Source: Flectonema sp. DT1601
Lineage: Eukaryota
DNA length: 64,000 nucleotides
Assembly: GCA_964019425.1 (NCBI GenBank)
Contig: OZ025791.1
Location: forward strand, 1,426,001-1,490,000
Direction: 5' to 3'
The stretch's first letter is position 1, and each line of letters begins with the position of its first letter. A program made the position numbers and the translations under genes. Shown piece after piece: positions 40,001-52,746 of this stretch. The notes below the pieces were generated by a model that was given only the letters and a program-made list of their open reading frames with translations, did not search any database and was not told the origin of the DNA.

Positions 40001-42250
40001 CTACATAAACTACCCAACCTGTGACGTTTGTACTAATGCTATTCACTGTAGTGGTAATGCCGTATCGGTGACATCGAATTTACTGAATACCGGGTGTCAG
40101 TGTCTGTGTAATAATAGTTTTTCTGGCCTCACTTGCGACAGCTGTCCTCCCGGAATGGATCTCGCGACGTGTTCGAAGTGCGCTGACGGATGGATGGGAG
40201 TTGCTCCACAGTGCACGCAGTGCAGCAACGCTATCCACTGCAATGGAAATGCCGCAAACATAACGTCTTCAGCAACTAGTTGCACATGCAGTTGTAAGAA
40301 TCAGTTTACTGGTAGTAATTGTAACCAATGCCCAGATAACTTCTTCGGTTCTCAATGTGACGGGTGTGCTGGGGGTTTTATTAATTATCCTTTTTGTACT
40401 CCAGCTTGTACCCTTCAGGGAAATTGTACTGTCGGCCACGCATCATCAGTCGAATGGATGACTCCAAACGACTGCATTTGTAACTGCACCGATAACTGGG
40501 AAGGTGCAAACTGTTCGACGTGTCCTTTCCTTTTCAGTGGAATCAATTGCGACACTTGTTCTGATGAGAGGATTAACTACCCAACTTGTACTCAATGCTC
40601 TGTTGATCTCCACTGTAGTGGTAACGCTGACTCAGTTGAGAAACTCAATGACTACACTTGTGGATGTAATTGCAGCGCTCAGTGGACGGGACCAGAATGC
40701 GGCGTTTGCCCCGCAAAATACGGAGGAGTGAAATGTGACACCTGTGCTGATGGTCACATTGATTACCCAAATTGTTATGAGTGTTCAATTATCGCTGACT
40801 GCAGTAGTCGTGCAACAGCTGTAAGCACGGACGTCCTAAAAACAAAATGCACATGCGACTGTTTAAATGCCTGGACAGGAGAGACCTGCGACACTTGTCC
40901 TAAACTCTACCGGGGAGCGAACTGCAATGAATGCATTGTCGGATTTGATGGATATCCGACTTGTGGTCAAGGATGTACTATTCCTGGTAACTGTAGTGGA
41001 AATGCTATTGAAGTTGAACACGTTAATGACTTCTGTAATTGCACTTGTACTAACAAATGGACTGCAGACGACTGTTCAGTTTGCCCAGACCCATATGAAG
41101 GAATCTACTGTGATCAATGTCAAGAAGGATATATTGGATACCCAGAGTGTACAATGTGTTCTGTTACTGAACATTGTAATGATCACGCTGTTAACGTAAC
41201 TGATGATGGACTTCGACAAACTTGTGTTTGCAATTGTCAGGATCAGTGGAGTGGAGATTCGTGTGACCAGTGCGATCGAATGCTCTTTGACGAAAGCTGC
41301 TCAAAATGTATTCCATCACTTGTTGACTACCCGACATGTAGAGATTGTTACATCTCAGAAGACTGCAATGACCGCGCAGTTGAAGTAGTTGTAGTTAACG
41401 GTACCTGCCAATGCGGCTGCGTTGCAAAATGGGAGGGTTTCGCTTGCGAAATATGCCCCGAAGTGTTTGAACAAACTACTTGCAGGTGTGTTCCCTTTTA
41501 TGACGACTTTGTTTATTATCGGTAGTACAAAAAAAAATAATTTTATTCTGTGTGTTGTGTTAATATCAATCACATATAATTTAATTCTGATTAATATTCT
41601 GAGCAAACAATTTACTTTAAGGCGCTCTGTTGTGAAACCTTTACCCAGTTTCTAATAATAAAAATATAAAAACAGCTCCTGTGCAGTTGGTACGATGGGC
41701 GTGTACCCGTACTGCTACTTCTCTCGTACAAAAACTCTTACCTTGACTCTCACTGAGGTATGTGTTAATTGGTAATACTGATCGGTAAGAAACAATCACA
41801 TCATAACAACACAAACAGTTCAAAAATGCAACGGAGACTCTCGATGACGGAAGTCTGTTGGGTGCTCACGAATTTGAAGAAGATGATGAGAGTTGTTGGA
41901 AGCCGTTCGTTGGATGGTGCTTCTGGTTAGTAGTCTCACTTGCTACAGCCTGTAGTATTATCATTGCAGGGCTAGCCTACCGTTACAGACGTAGAGGAGA
42001 GCAATCTCCATATGTGGGTGACGATGCCTTTGATAAGTACGCAGAGATGGCTGAAGCAAACCCGGACATGATCTTTGAATCTGAAGCACCTGAAGGTGAC
42101 TACAACTTCCGCGATGAAGCTAAGTTTACCTCATCAGTAGGTGAGGGGGGACTCCTTGAGAATGAACACAGCCTTCCAAGAAGTGACGGACTTGCTGACG
42201 TTCCTCCTGACAACACTCCTCCCTTTGACGTTCAACGTCTAGAGGTATAA
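34086..42250 (+). CDS. Giant Cys-rich laminin-type EGF-repeat type I membrane protein (~2637 aa); exons 34086-41485, 41676-41757, 41819-42250
   Basis: Signal peptide; dozens of C..CSNHA....C.C.C...W.G..C..C modules; introns 41486-41675 and 41758-41818 join in frame to a TM helix (WLVVSLATACSIIIAGLAY-RYRRR) and an acidic cytoplasmic tail. Confidence 0.85.
34962..37718 (+). repeat. Near-identical 492-bp (164-aa) coding tandem repeat, ~5.6 copies
   Basis: cacatcaactacccgacc recurs at 34962, 35454, 35946, 36438, 36930 and 37422. Confidence 0.95.
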
Positions 42251-44846
42251 TGTGTAAAATACCATCCAAGTTTTAAAAAAAAAAAAAAAAACGTTTTCTT
42301 CCGAGGACAGGAGGGATGCTCTCTACTGGAACTAGAATTACTGGACCAACTGACAGTAGTTCGTTTCTGAGGACGATGTTTTCTCTCCTTTCCTCTGTTC
42401 CCATTTAATGGAAACGGGAGCACTTCTCTATCGATTAGCTAGGGTATTCGGAAGAAAAAAAAAGAAAAAAAAAGTACAGATTCTCCTTCTCATGCCTTTA
42501 CATAGGTATGCAGAGAGAATCTTCCCGCTGCACCTAAGAGTCTTGACGAGGTTTGAATTTAAAATAAAAAAAATGAATTTAGTTCTTCAATAAAATGTTT
42601 TAAATCCAGTTGGGACCACCTCAGACTAACGAAGTACGTACATACATGAGAAACATGAAATGAAAATATTTCACTCCCTCTGGTAAGTTGAGTTACGTAA
42701 ATAATCGCCTCGTCCTTGTCACAGCAGCGCCGTTTGCGATCTTCCCTCGCACTTTGTTGTAGCCGATGGTTTTTATTGTGGCATACGTATTGTTTGATTC
42801 GAAAAGAGAAAGAAATGGAAAATAAAAACGTCTTTTGGCGTGTCAGTGCTCTTAAGACAGTGCGTGAGAATTGGAAAAAAAAAAACTAGTGAAATTCTAA
42901 AAAGAACAAAAAAAAAGAATGATTTCTCTTTACCTTTTTTTAATCATCTTTCTGCTGCACCTTCAACAGGTGGGCTAATATCGACTGCCAGCCAAGTCTC
43001 TTTTATTTATTGTGAGTCTCTTGAGAACGTCAACGTGAAGTTGTTAAGTAAACAGCAAACACTACATTTATCAGTCGTTGTGTTGATTATAAATCAATCT
43101 ATCGTTCAACCACCCGTTGTTGTTATGACCGATTCTCGAATCTAATATTCCTCACTTTGGAGGAAGCAATAATCGACAACAAAAAAAAAGATAACAACAT
43201 ATGGGTTTAGTTTCGAGAAATATGATTGTAGTCACTCAGCATACTTTTTTTTGTTTGTTTCCATTTGCTAAAAAAAAAAAAAAATGAAAAGGGGAAAAAA
43301 AAAAAAACTAACAAAAAAACAAAAAAAAATCAATATTCGATTGTAACCCCGACGATTAAATTTGCCGGGCAGCACTTGTGACTGCCGGTTTGGTAAAGAG
43401 CTACTTTCATTGTATTCCTCTCCCTGAAGATTACAAATCTTTTATGAAAAAAATTAAAAAAAAAACAACAACAACAATACGGAAGCTGTTATAAGTTTGA
43501 CTGTTAATATGAAGGTCTCTTCATTATATAAGTTTGGTATTAAACTGAGCTACTTCAACAAAACAAATTGACTTCGTTAAATCCATTTCTTGTACGATGT
43601 AAGCATCTCAAGGAGTTGTGTTTTGTTTGGATTGGAACGGTCAGCCAGAAAGTAAAGCAGGTGAATGAGTCCATTATCATTCTTCTTAGACTATACCCAC
43701 CCGTCGAATTCCCATTCCCTTATCATAGTATCTTTCCTTATTTGTTTCTTGTTCGGAAGAATGTTTGCGACTGTATTGAAGTAGAGAAAAAGAAAGAAAA
43801 GACAAGAAAAGAACGGCGAAAGGTGGTAGAAGTCGAACTTTTTTGTAGAACGATTTTCGCACACAAAATATTGCTGAAGACGTTTCTTACGAAAAAAAAA
43901 AAAAAAAAAAGATTTTAATTGCCCCATTGCCACGAATCCGTATTTAGTTTCCTGACGCCCCCCCCCCCATCCTGAAAAAAATTGTATTTTACGTGCAAGG
44001 TGAAACAGAAAAAAAAAAAAAAAAAAAAGGGCTTCCCCTCAGCAACTCACTATTTTAGTCCGGAGCAGTTAAGATACAATATTATAAAATAAATAAATAT
44101 TGTCTTAAGAGCTTCCTTGATTCTGTTCCTCAGATTTAACTTGTTTGAAAGACGTATCAGACTCCGATAATTAATCACAGAATACTTTCTTCATTCGTTG
44201 TAGAAGTGTGCTCCACCATTTCACAGTGTCAAATGAACAATTAGAACTGTAATAAAATAAAATAAGAAGTGTTTGCCTTCCCCTGGAAAGGTTTAAACCA
44301 ACAATAATTATCTTAGTTAGGTAACGTAGTTCTTTTTTTGTTTTTTAATAAAAGGTTTTTTGAAGATCTCGACGAAATATTGGCTGTCTGTCGCCTGTTT
44401 CTGCCAAGAAGAAGTTATTTTTGGTACTTTGTTGGCTTCTTACCTTCTGGCACAAGAAACAGATGATTTCATTTTGTTCTTTTCTTTTTCTCGTGTTTTC
44501 TTTTTTTGTTTGACAACTGTCAGTGACAACCCTCATTCCCACCACACAATCTGCGATTGTATTTTCTCCAACTTCAACTTTCTTCAATCAGCTACCAATA
44601 AAATGCGACAGCTGTGACAAACACATTATTAACATTTATGTATTGCAGGAGTCAATTGTCAGTTTTCGTTCTTTTCCCCTCCCTTTTTTTGTGTGTGCTC
44701 GTTTTCTCGCGCTTCAATGTGTGAGCTGCATCTTCTTCCGAAAAAAAAGAAACAAAAATAAAATAAATAAATCTAGCTCTAGTTCTTTGTTTCTCGTTCA
44801 GTTTTTTAATTACTATTCACAAACAGGAGCTCCATAAAACAATATA

Positions 44847-45734
44847 ATGACAACCGGTGCAGGATTTGCAGTCTGCAACATGAAGATGAAGATAGGAAGA
44901 GGTGTCACTGAGCAGTGGGCAGGAATAATCAGCGAAGCTGACAAGGTAGCACAGATATTGAAGGGGCAGACACGTGAAATAGCAAAGGGTGGTAAAGACT
45001 TGTACGAGTTCAAGGGCTGTTCTGATGGACTCCCTGAAATACAAAAAGCATTACTAGCATGTTCAGACTTGATTGATGAAGTCAGCACTAAAGCAGTAAA
45101 CGTTGAGAGATTAGCTACCCTGTTGGAGGTTGAGAAGCACAGGTCACAACACTTACAAAGACTAACGGCATTACACAGACAGGTTAAGAAACATGTTTCT
45201 GACAATACAGAGAGCACTACCGCTTTCGAGAATGAGCTCAAAGAAAAATATTTTGAAAATAAAAAAAATGAACGAATGACTGCAATCAGCCGCGTTCGAA
45301 GAAATACACATCCAGCGGGAAGCGGTGATGGCACACCTTCAAGATCAGGTAGCCATCCACCACCAATGAAGGACTCTCCTGTTGTGGTTGCTAATAGTTC
45401 TCTTCTTTCAGATCAGAATACTGATTGCCGTGCAGAGTCTGTTGAAGATTGTTCAGGTAAATGTACTTTCTGCACGTATCCAATTCAAGATTACGAAGCG
45501 ACTTGCTCTATGTGTGGAGAGCCTATCCCTGGCAGACAAGAAGAAGAAGAAGAACAACAACAACAAGATAATGACGATGATGATACTGCTGGTGGGGTCG
45601 AAGATGAAACTCCATCCCAATCATCCTCCCACACAAATACTATCAAATCAATTGCTAACACAACAAACACGACAACAACTGAAGGAGTTCTTGTTGAGGC
45701 TCCAGGAAACCCGTCGCCTGCATCTTCGACGTGA
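44847..45734 (+). CDS. Coiled-coil protein with an NZF/RanBP2-type zinc finger and acidic tail
   Basis: CTFCTYPIQDYEATCSMCG fits a C-x2-C-TY-x8-C-x-M-C NZF-like pattern; helical N-half. Confidence 0.6.
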   Translation: MTTGAGFAVCNMKMKIGRGVTEQWAGIISEADKVAQILKGQTREIAKGGKDLYEFKGCSDGLPEIQKALLACSDLIDEVSTKAVNVERLATLLEVEKHRSQHLQRLTALHRQVKKHVSDNTESTTAFENELKEKYFENKKNERMTAISRVRRNTHPAGSGDGTPSRSGSHPPPMKDSPVVVANSSLLSDQNTDCRAESVEDCSGKCTFCTYPIQDYEATCSMCGEPIPGRQEEEEEQQQQDNDDDDTAGGVEDETPSQSSSHTNTIKSIANTTNTTTTEGVLVEAPGNPSPASST

Positions 45735-46357
45735 CGCTTTAAAACTAATCGTCGTCCTGACCACTGCATTAAATAATAGCTACTAAGCTCAGTAGTCACA
45801 CAGGCTAAGGGTCAATTCAGATTTCCTTTCACCCAACGCTTTACCTGTAATGTTGTTTTTAAAGGTAACCATTCGAGGGTTTCTTAATTATTTGGTTCTG
45901 GTACTCGAAACTGTACAAAATTATTGTGTTGTTTGTGCGGTTTCAATTTTATTATTTAATACAATGCCTATTTAGTCGCTTGACTGGCATAAACTCTTTT
46001 CAAAAAAGGGTGATTTCTGTTACATTGTTTGGTCGGGATCGGGTACGGAGATTTTTAGTTCTGTTAGGGGTCATCTGTTACAAACAATCCGCACCCGAGT
46101 GCCTGTGTTCGTCATGTGTTTGTCTTTCGGCCAATCGTTTTGTTTTGTTAATATTTGACACTCGTTTGTTGTTTCAATGTATTTTCTACTCAGGAAACAA
46201 CACGGTTTGCGACAATCAGTAAGACATCAAAAGGAGACTGAATGACCAATCGTAGATTGTGCGAGGAAATCTTTCTGTTGTTTGCAAGTCACAACAACAC
46301 CGACGGTCGTAATTTATTTTATGTTCCAGGTTTGGGAGCGAAGCAAAAGAGAAACAA

Positions 46358-48973
46358 ATGGAGAGACGGGGTCTGGTCGGCGAACTCTCTCAACTCCGAT
46401 ACCAGTTGGCCGAAGAGAAGAAGGCTAACGAAGTGCTGAGGCAGCAGCGAGGGGTTTGGTTATCTGATATTGAGAAGACGCTGAGGGATAGTCAAGACGC
46501 ATTATTAAGAGCAGGACAGCAGTCTGTTGAGGCTAAGAATCAAAATATTCATTTAGCGTACCCAGAGCACAATGACATTCAGGAATCTCTGAGGCAAAGT
46601 CAGCAGGCGCTGGCGAGAGCTGATCATCACACAGCGTATCAAACAGACTTGCATGAGAGTCAGGAAGTTATACCACAGACGGTGCAGAGAAGGATATCAT
46701 ATCCGCAGGCATCTGAAGTTGAGAGAGCTCTTCGAGACAGCCTCACAGCATTGAAGCATCAAAAGGCAACTCCCCCGACGTTGCCAAGTCACATGGACAT
46801 ACAACATTCCCTCAAAGAAAATCAATCTGCGTTGCAGAGAGCTGGTCAAGTGCTGAATTCGGAGATGGATTTCGTACCATCGTCCGTTGATGTGACGGCG
46901 GCAATCTTTGAAAGTCAAGAGGCATTCAGCAGAGCGGCTTCACCCGCAGAAGTGAAAGAGAGTCAGGAAGCTCTTCTGAGAGCCTGCCAAGCAAATATCG
47001 CAGCGATCTCTGTGAGTGAAGATGACGGCCTTCGTAGAAAACTTCGAAGAACAACTGAACTCGTCTCACCGCCAATGCCTGGGGAGTCGTATCCCTTTGA
47101 AAGTGCTGAACACCCGATTGATGTGTCTCCGGTAACGACTTTCCGTCCAGTCTCGCAGACGGTGGATTCGCCTCCAGTTGTTGCACCGCTTCCTGTTGTT
47201 CCGCAGGCCAACCATAATATCGAACATCAGCACCCTAGTTACGACTTCATTCGTGCGAGTATTGAATTGCCGCTGGTGCCTTCAGCTGAGGTACCGATTC
47301 CCATCGTGAGTCAGGGAAGAATAGTTAACGAATCCCAAGATGTTGTACCGATGAGACCCATTGGCGTACAGGAGGTTCATTCTGTGGCACATTCGCTACC
47401 TCGGCACGACTTCTCAATACCTGTTCCTCAAGTTATTTCAGCTATGTCTTCACGTGAATTACAATACGGTGCTTCTGTAGCAGCTGCACCTCCGATGGAG
47501 CAGCCACCCCCATTTCGTATGAGTCAGTCGCCTCTTCCCTTAAGTCCGACAGGGAATCCGATTCCAGCTCCCAGACCTGCTTCTCCATCTCGTGTAATTA
47601 GCCCAACGAGAGTCATTACGTCGTCAGTTCCACAAGCGTTGTCTCCACCAGCTTTGTACACTCGTCCTTTATCTCCTGTCGGTGCTTTCATACCACGAGC
47701 AAGAAGTCCAATGAACGTCGTTCCTGCACGCATTGAAAGTCCTGTTCCCGACCTCCCTCCTGCTGCTGAAATTAACAACTTCTCGATGATGCCTCCTTCG
47801 CAATTACCGTTGGACTCTACCAATGTCCAACCTTACGAAGAGTCTTTCATTCATCAGCAGCAGCAACTGCGACTCCAGCACCAGGTACTCGAGAGGGACG
47901 CACAGAATGAACTTGCGGTGCAAAGGGAGAAGGAACAGGAGATGCAACAGCAACTGTTGCGACAACAACACCAACGTCAGGAAGAGGAACTTCATATGAT
48001 TCAAGAAAGACAGTCGCAGATAGAGTTGGTGTTGCAAAGAGAGAGAGTGCAGGAAGTTCTCCTACAGGAACAGCAGCAGCAGCAACCATCCGAAGTCGAT
48101 CTCAGTCACGCGTTGTATCGACAATTACCACAGCAAAACGCCGAGGAGTCCGGTGGCGATGTTGGGGTGCAACAAGGAGGCGACGTCGGTCGGCAGCAAC
48201 TTCTCCTGCAGCAAATTCAACAGCAGCAGATCGTCGAGCAGCACCAGTTGAGACAACTTCAGCAGCACCAGCAGCACGAAATACTTCATTCTGACCTACA
48301 GGCTGGTGTTGAGAGATCTGTCACTCCTCGGGGAAGAACTGTGACGCCGGAAGACTGCACATCGCAAGTTGTGTTGCAATCATCTCCTTGTCAAGAATAT
48401 GGAAACGGTGAGTGTCCACAACCTCTTCCGCCACCGACTCCATTCACTCCTCGAGAACCTGCAGAGTATGTTTCTCCTTCTCGTCCAACATCAATCCAGG
48501 ATGAAACGGTATCTCCCCCGACTCGTGTTGGTTCTGTTCCTCCCTGTGAGTATGTACCTCCAGCACAGCCGACTGCCCCTTCAAACGTAGCCAAAGAGTC
48601 GTGGGATCGCTTGGTATCTGCCACCAACGGCGAACTGACATCGGAGGAGCTGGCTCTGATGTCATTAGACACACTGAAGAATCTTCTCAAGCACTATAAC
48701 GTCTCCAATCCGGTTGAGTGTGCGAGGATCGAAGTCTACTGGCAACTTGCTTCTAAGAATCGGAGGCAGAACCAAGGAAGTGAGAAACCTGATGGAAAAA
48801 CCCCCAAACAACAACAACAACCGAAAACCCCTCGCAGTTCTCTCAATCACCCCCCGTGGAGGTCACCTGGTTTCAAGAATCCGAAGAAACCCTCTACGCC
48901 GTCGCGAACTACTCTCATCAACGCACCCCCACCAGGAAGTAGAGCGCACGTACAGTTCCAAAGTAGCAGCTGA
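46358..48973 (+). CDS. Low-complexity Pro/Gln-rich hypothetical protein (871 aa; 5' end uncertain)
   Basis: Long ORF with degenerate (I/V)xxSLRESQxALxRA repeats, Pro-rich and poly-Q segments. Confidence 0.7.
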   Translation: MERRGLVGELSQLRYQLAEEKKANEVLRQQRGVWLSDIEKTLRDSQDALLRAGQQSVEAKNQNIHLAYPEHNDIQESLRQSQQALARADHHTAYQTDLHESQEVIPQTVQRRISYPQASEVERALRDSLTALKHQKATPPTLPSHMDIQHSLKENQSALQRAGQVLNSEMDFVPSSVDVTAAIFESQEAFSRAASPAEVKESQEALLRACQANIAAISVSEDDGLRRKLRRTTELVSPPMPGESYPFESAEHPIDVSPVTTFRPVSQTVDSPPVVAPLPVVPQANHNIEHQHPSYDFIRASIELPLVPSAEVPIPIVSQGRIVNESQDVVPMRPIGVQEVHSVAHSLPRHDFSIPVPQVISAMSSRELQYGASVAAAPPMEQPPPFRMSQSPLPLSPTGNPIPAPRPASPSRVISPTRVITSSVPQALSPPALYTRPLSPVGAFIPRARSPMNVVPARIESPVPDLPPAAEINNFSMMPPSQLPLDSTNVQPYEESFIHQQQQLRLQHQVLERDAQNELAVQREKEQEMQQQLLRQQHQRQEEELHMIQERQSQIELVLQRERVQEVLLQEQQQQQPSEVDLSHALYRQLPQQNAEESGGDVGVQQGGDVGRQQLLLQQIQQQQIVEQHQLRQLQQHQQHEILHSDLQAGVERSVTPRGRTVTPEDCTSQVVLQSSPCQEYGNGECPQPLPPPTPFTPREPAEYVSPSRPTSIQDETVSPPTRVGSVPPCEYVPPAQPTAPSNVAKESWDRLVSATNGELTSEELALMSLDTLKNLLKHYNVSNPVECARIEVYWQLASKNRRQNQGSEKPDGKTPKQQQQPKTPRSSLNHPPWRSPGFKNPKKPSTPSRTTLINAPPPGSRAHVQFQSSS

Positions 48974-49629
48974 TGAGCAGGGGTAATTCTCGTTGTGCAT
49001 ATGACGTCGGATATGGCACAGGCTACATGTCTAACAAGGGGTGCCTTGCTGTCGATATTCTTAATAGTTCAAGCCAACTTACTTTTTTGCTTGTTTTCAA
49101 GGGTGGAGTGGGGTTAACAGAGGAGGGTGTGTTTTTGGAGCTGGACCCTCGTTGTACCTCATTTAGCAATATTAACCTGTAAATCTTTCCTTTTCCTTTT
49201 ATTACATGATTAAATATTAGTGAAGTGAGAGTCGTTATGATTGTGTCAAAGAAACAATAGTTAATGTGGTCGACTTTGGTGATGCCTTTCAGACAAACTT
49301 GCTCACAACTAATGTTTTAAGGACGCAGGACTCTCCTTTTTTTTTTTGTTTTTGTAGAATTTGAGTCGAAGTTACTGACTTGGTAGCTTTATTTTTAACT
49401 TTTTCCATATGAGTGTTCGGTTGTCAATTTAGATGTACCATAGAATTCATTGTAGTTTCGCATTTGCTGCTCAGTACTTTAGGCACCTTCCCCCTTCAGA
49501 ATTAACATTATCACTTCTTGTGACTAAATAACTACTTTTATGTTTTATATTTTTCGTTTTTATTGAAGTTACCTAATTTTTCAATCAGGCTTTTACTTCA
49601 TAAAATTGGAGAGTGAAAGTAGCAGAGAG

Positions 49630-50979
49630 ATGAGGGTTGTGAACGACAGCGAGAGCGATAATGAAAGCTGCAATACTTCTCTCAGCACGGTCTCGCTGAC
49701 CTCGTATGCAACAAGGCCCACAACGGTTAGAGAAAATGGCGTTGGGGTAGTTGGGGGGAGCGTGATTCTGGTAAACACTGTAGTTGGAGGAGGAATATCT
49801 TTAGTAGCAACTCCTTACGCTGTTCGATGCCTGGGTCTGGCAAGTTTTTGTGTCACGGAGGTCGTGTTTGGGATTATGTCAATCATCAGTTTAGTACTTC
49901 TGTCGCATATCTGCTTCAAAACCCAACAATTTAATATGAAAACACTAGCGGATGACATAATTGGAAAGTGGGCTGGATACACTGTTAGCACAGCTATCGC
50001 TCTAAACAACTTCAGTGTGGTGGTTGCATTTATTCAAATATGTGGGGATGTTGTAAATGTTCTTGATGGTGATAAAGCCTATACTCCAATACTGATCGCG
50101 GCAGGTGTTGCTGCAGTCACTCCACTGGCTGCTCTTCCTCATGTGGATCGCATAGAGTCAATAGCTGCTGTCTGTTCTCTTCTGTGGTTTTCGTTTGTTA
50201 TTGTTTTGATAATTAACTTCGCAACAGCAATCCATAAACACGATCTTTCTTCAGATTGGTCTTGGTCTTCATCTCTGACAGATGTACTGATAGGCAAAGG
50301 ACTTCCTGCAGTTAATTTAACCTGGTGTTGTCAGTTCAATGCCGCCCCATTGTTTGGTTCTCTTGTTCCAAAAACCAGGAAAAGCATGTCGACTGTTGGA
50401 GGGATTATGTCATCAAGTGCTATGTCACTTTACATAGTTTTTGGGTTGGCTACTTACCTTTATTATGGGAGTGCTATCAAGGATGACATTACAAAGTCGA
50501 TAAACCCCAACAAAGATGGAAAGGGTTTAGAATATGGCATGTGGTTAGTGTACACAGCTGAGGTTTTGTTGGGAGCATCTTGTATGTTGACAATCCCATT
50601 TTTTATGATTGAGTCGCGAAATATGGTTCATGAAATGATACGTCCTTCAGATGATCGGTCCATCGTGCGTGTTGCAGAGACTGTCATTATGTGTGGTCTC
50701 GCTTTTGGTATAGCATTGGCTGTGAAAGACTTGTCAATAGTGATTGCCTTTATAGGTGTGTTCCCAAGTAATATTATTGCTTGGGTGACTCCAGGCCTTC
50801 TTGCTGTGTACATCTCATCTCACACTGCTGTTGCAGCAGACCAGCAGCACATCGCTGCTGATACAGCTTCCCTGCCCCCTCCCATGGTGCCAAGATATAT
50901 TAAATATCTTGGCTTTGTGCTAATTGCGTTTGCAGGAACATTGGTCCCCCTTGGAATTGCATCAATAATACGAGGGTAG
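49630..50979 (+). CDS. Amino-acid permease (AAAP / SLC38-like)
   Basis: LVNTVVGGGISLVATPYA and WCCQFNA motifs; about 11 hydrophobic helices. Confidence 0.85.
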   Translation: MRVVNDSESDNESCNTSLSTVSLTSYATRPTTVRENGVGVVGGSVILVNTVVGGGISLVATPYAVRCLGLASFCVTEVVFGIMSIISLVLLSHICFKTQQFNMKTLADDIIGKWAGYTVSTAIALNNFSVVVAFIQICGDVVNVLDGDKAYTPILIAAGVAAVTPLAALPHVDRIESIAAVCSLLWFSFVIVLIINFATAIHKHDLSSDWSWSSSLTDVLIGKGLPAVNLTWCCQFNAAPLFGSLVPKTRKSMSTVGGIMSSSAMSLYIVFGLATYLYYGSAIKDDITKSINPNKDGKGLEYGMWLVYTAEVLLGASCMLTIPFFMIESRNMVHEMIRPSDDRSIVRVAETVIMCGLAFGIALAVKDLSIVIAFIGVFPSNIIAWVTPGLLAVYISSHTAVAADQQHIAADTASLPPPMVPRYIKYLGFVLIAFAGTLVPLGIASIIRG

Positions 50980-51307
50980 TCTGAGCCAGGACCTGTGGGA
51001 TTAATCCCTGCTGAAAAAAGTATAGTGTCAACGTAAGGACCAAATACTTTTGTTTCCCTTGCATGTGCAAGTTGTTCTTTCAATTTATTATCATGACTTT
51101 AAGAGTTGTGTCTTTGACCCAATCTTTAGACTATTTATTTATTCTGATGTTTATTCAGTTTATTTTTTTTGTAAAGGTTACAATGATGCTGTATTGTGAT
51201 GATGAAGGTTGGAAATATTTTATAAACCTGCAAAATTGGTTAATGCATTTTCTCCACTGCAATTCCTATTGTTCTTCTCGCATTTCTATTTTATTGAACG
51301 ATAACCT

Positions 51308-51645
51308 TATTACTGAAACTATAAATAACATGGTGTATAAAAAGTCTCCAAATCTCCAAAAAATGGCCAAATCCACCATCTTTATAAAATCCAAAGTTTT
51401 TTTAGTCGAAACATTCACAGAAAACACTTAGCAAAATTCGGATTCGGACTATTGCTCCAGAAACCTTGACCGAGCTGTGCTTGAAACCAGAGAAGGAAGG
51501 CGAAACAAAGTCCAAAGAAGCAGCAGCTGAATCAAACGCGCCATCACAACAGGTTTATCAAACTAATCTCTGCAATGTGGGCAACAATCCTACCTGAGAT
51601 GGAAATAAGTATTACTGTAACTATAAATAACATGGTGTATAAAAA
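51308..51645. repeat. ~36-bp imperfect direct repeat (51308-51343 and 51610-51645) in a degenerate intergenic region
   Basis: tattactg(a/t)aactataaataacatggtgtataaaaa occurs twice, about 300 bp apart. Confidence 0.8.
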
Positions 51646-52746
51646 AATTGGAGTTTTACAACTTGATATAAAAAAGTTGGTGGATTTTTATAAAAAAGTA
51701 TGAAAGTACACACATTTTTGACTGTAAAATGGTAGTTTTGAGTATGAATTTTTTTTCGATATGTACAATTTTTTGAAAAAACGGGATCCTTTTAAAGACG
51801 AAGACATTGGTAAGCCAAGGTGACGCTTTTGATAAAGAAAGAGCTATGAGAAGTGGTCAAGCGAGGAGTTGCTTAACATTGGTGAGATGGCCAGGCGATT
51901 GCATAAAACAAGCCATCATCCCGGTGAACGCACCATCCCCCAACCAAGTCCCAGCGCGGGGCATTCATTTTCTCTATTGTTGAATGCTTTGCGCTGGAGC
52001 TCCCCACAAAGCTAAAGTTGCGTGACCCCCTCTCCCTCCCGTGCCCCAGCAGTCCGCCACGCTGACCCAAGCGAAAGCAGCAGAAAATGCTGCTGCCAGG
52101 AAAGTTGCACAAGAAAAAACTGCTCAGCGAAGAGAGGAGGCAAGAAAGGAGAAGGCGAAGGAGGAAGCAAGGGATGCAAGGAAGAAGGCTGCAGAGACGA
52201 AGAAAAAGAAGACACACATTTTCACACATTTTCACGGGATTTCACTACCAGAAAGCAGCAAAAAATTAAATGAAAAATCGTGAATTTTCGTGTAGCAAAG
52301 TGAAAAATCGTGAACACCTCCACCCTGCCGATCGCCTCAAGTAGTCTGACACGAACTTCATTAATTGTGAGAAAATACTTTTGTATCATCGAGTTCTGTT
52401 TTTACAGGTAAATGCCAAACCAATGTAAAGGAGGAAAACAAAACCAAATAAAATAAAAAGAGGCGGATTGGTTGTTTTTCTTGCTTTTGTTAGTTTTTAT
52501 CCTTGAGAAGTTAAAATCCGTAACTGTTCAAAGGAATTGTTTACAAGCAGAGTAGAGCCGTAATAGTATTTTATAGGAAATTACAACCACAGAATATGTT
52601 GCACTATTCAGGAATGGAAGCTGCTTTTCAGTTTTTCCTTATTACTTTACGATTGTTGCCGCCGTTTGGAACACTTCAGCAAGATTAATAAATCTCTTTT
52701 CCTTTCAGTAGATTACTAAAAAAAAAAGAAGCAAAGAAAACAAACA

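Noticed and set aside
34666..41388. Many alternative-frame and antisense ORFs in the EGF gene, and likewise in the LRR gene
   Set aside because: These are by-products of tandem repeats and biased codon use in the real frame.
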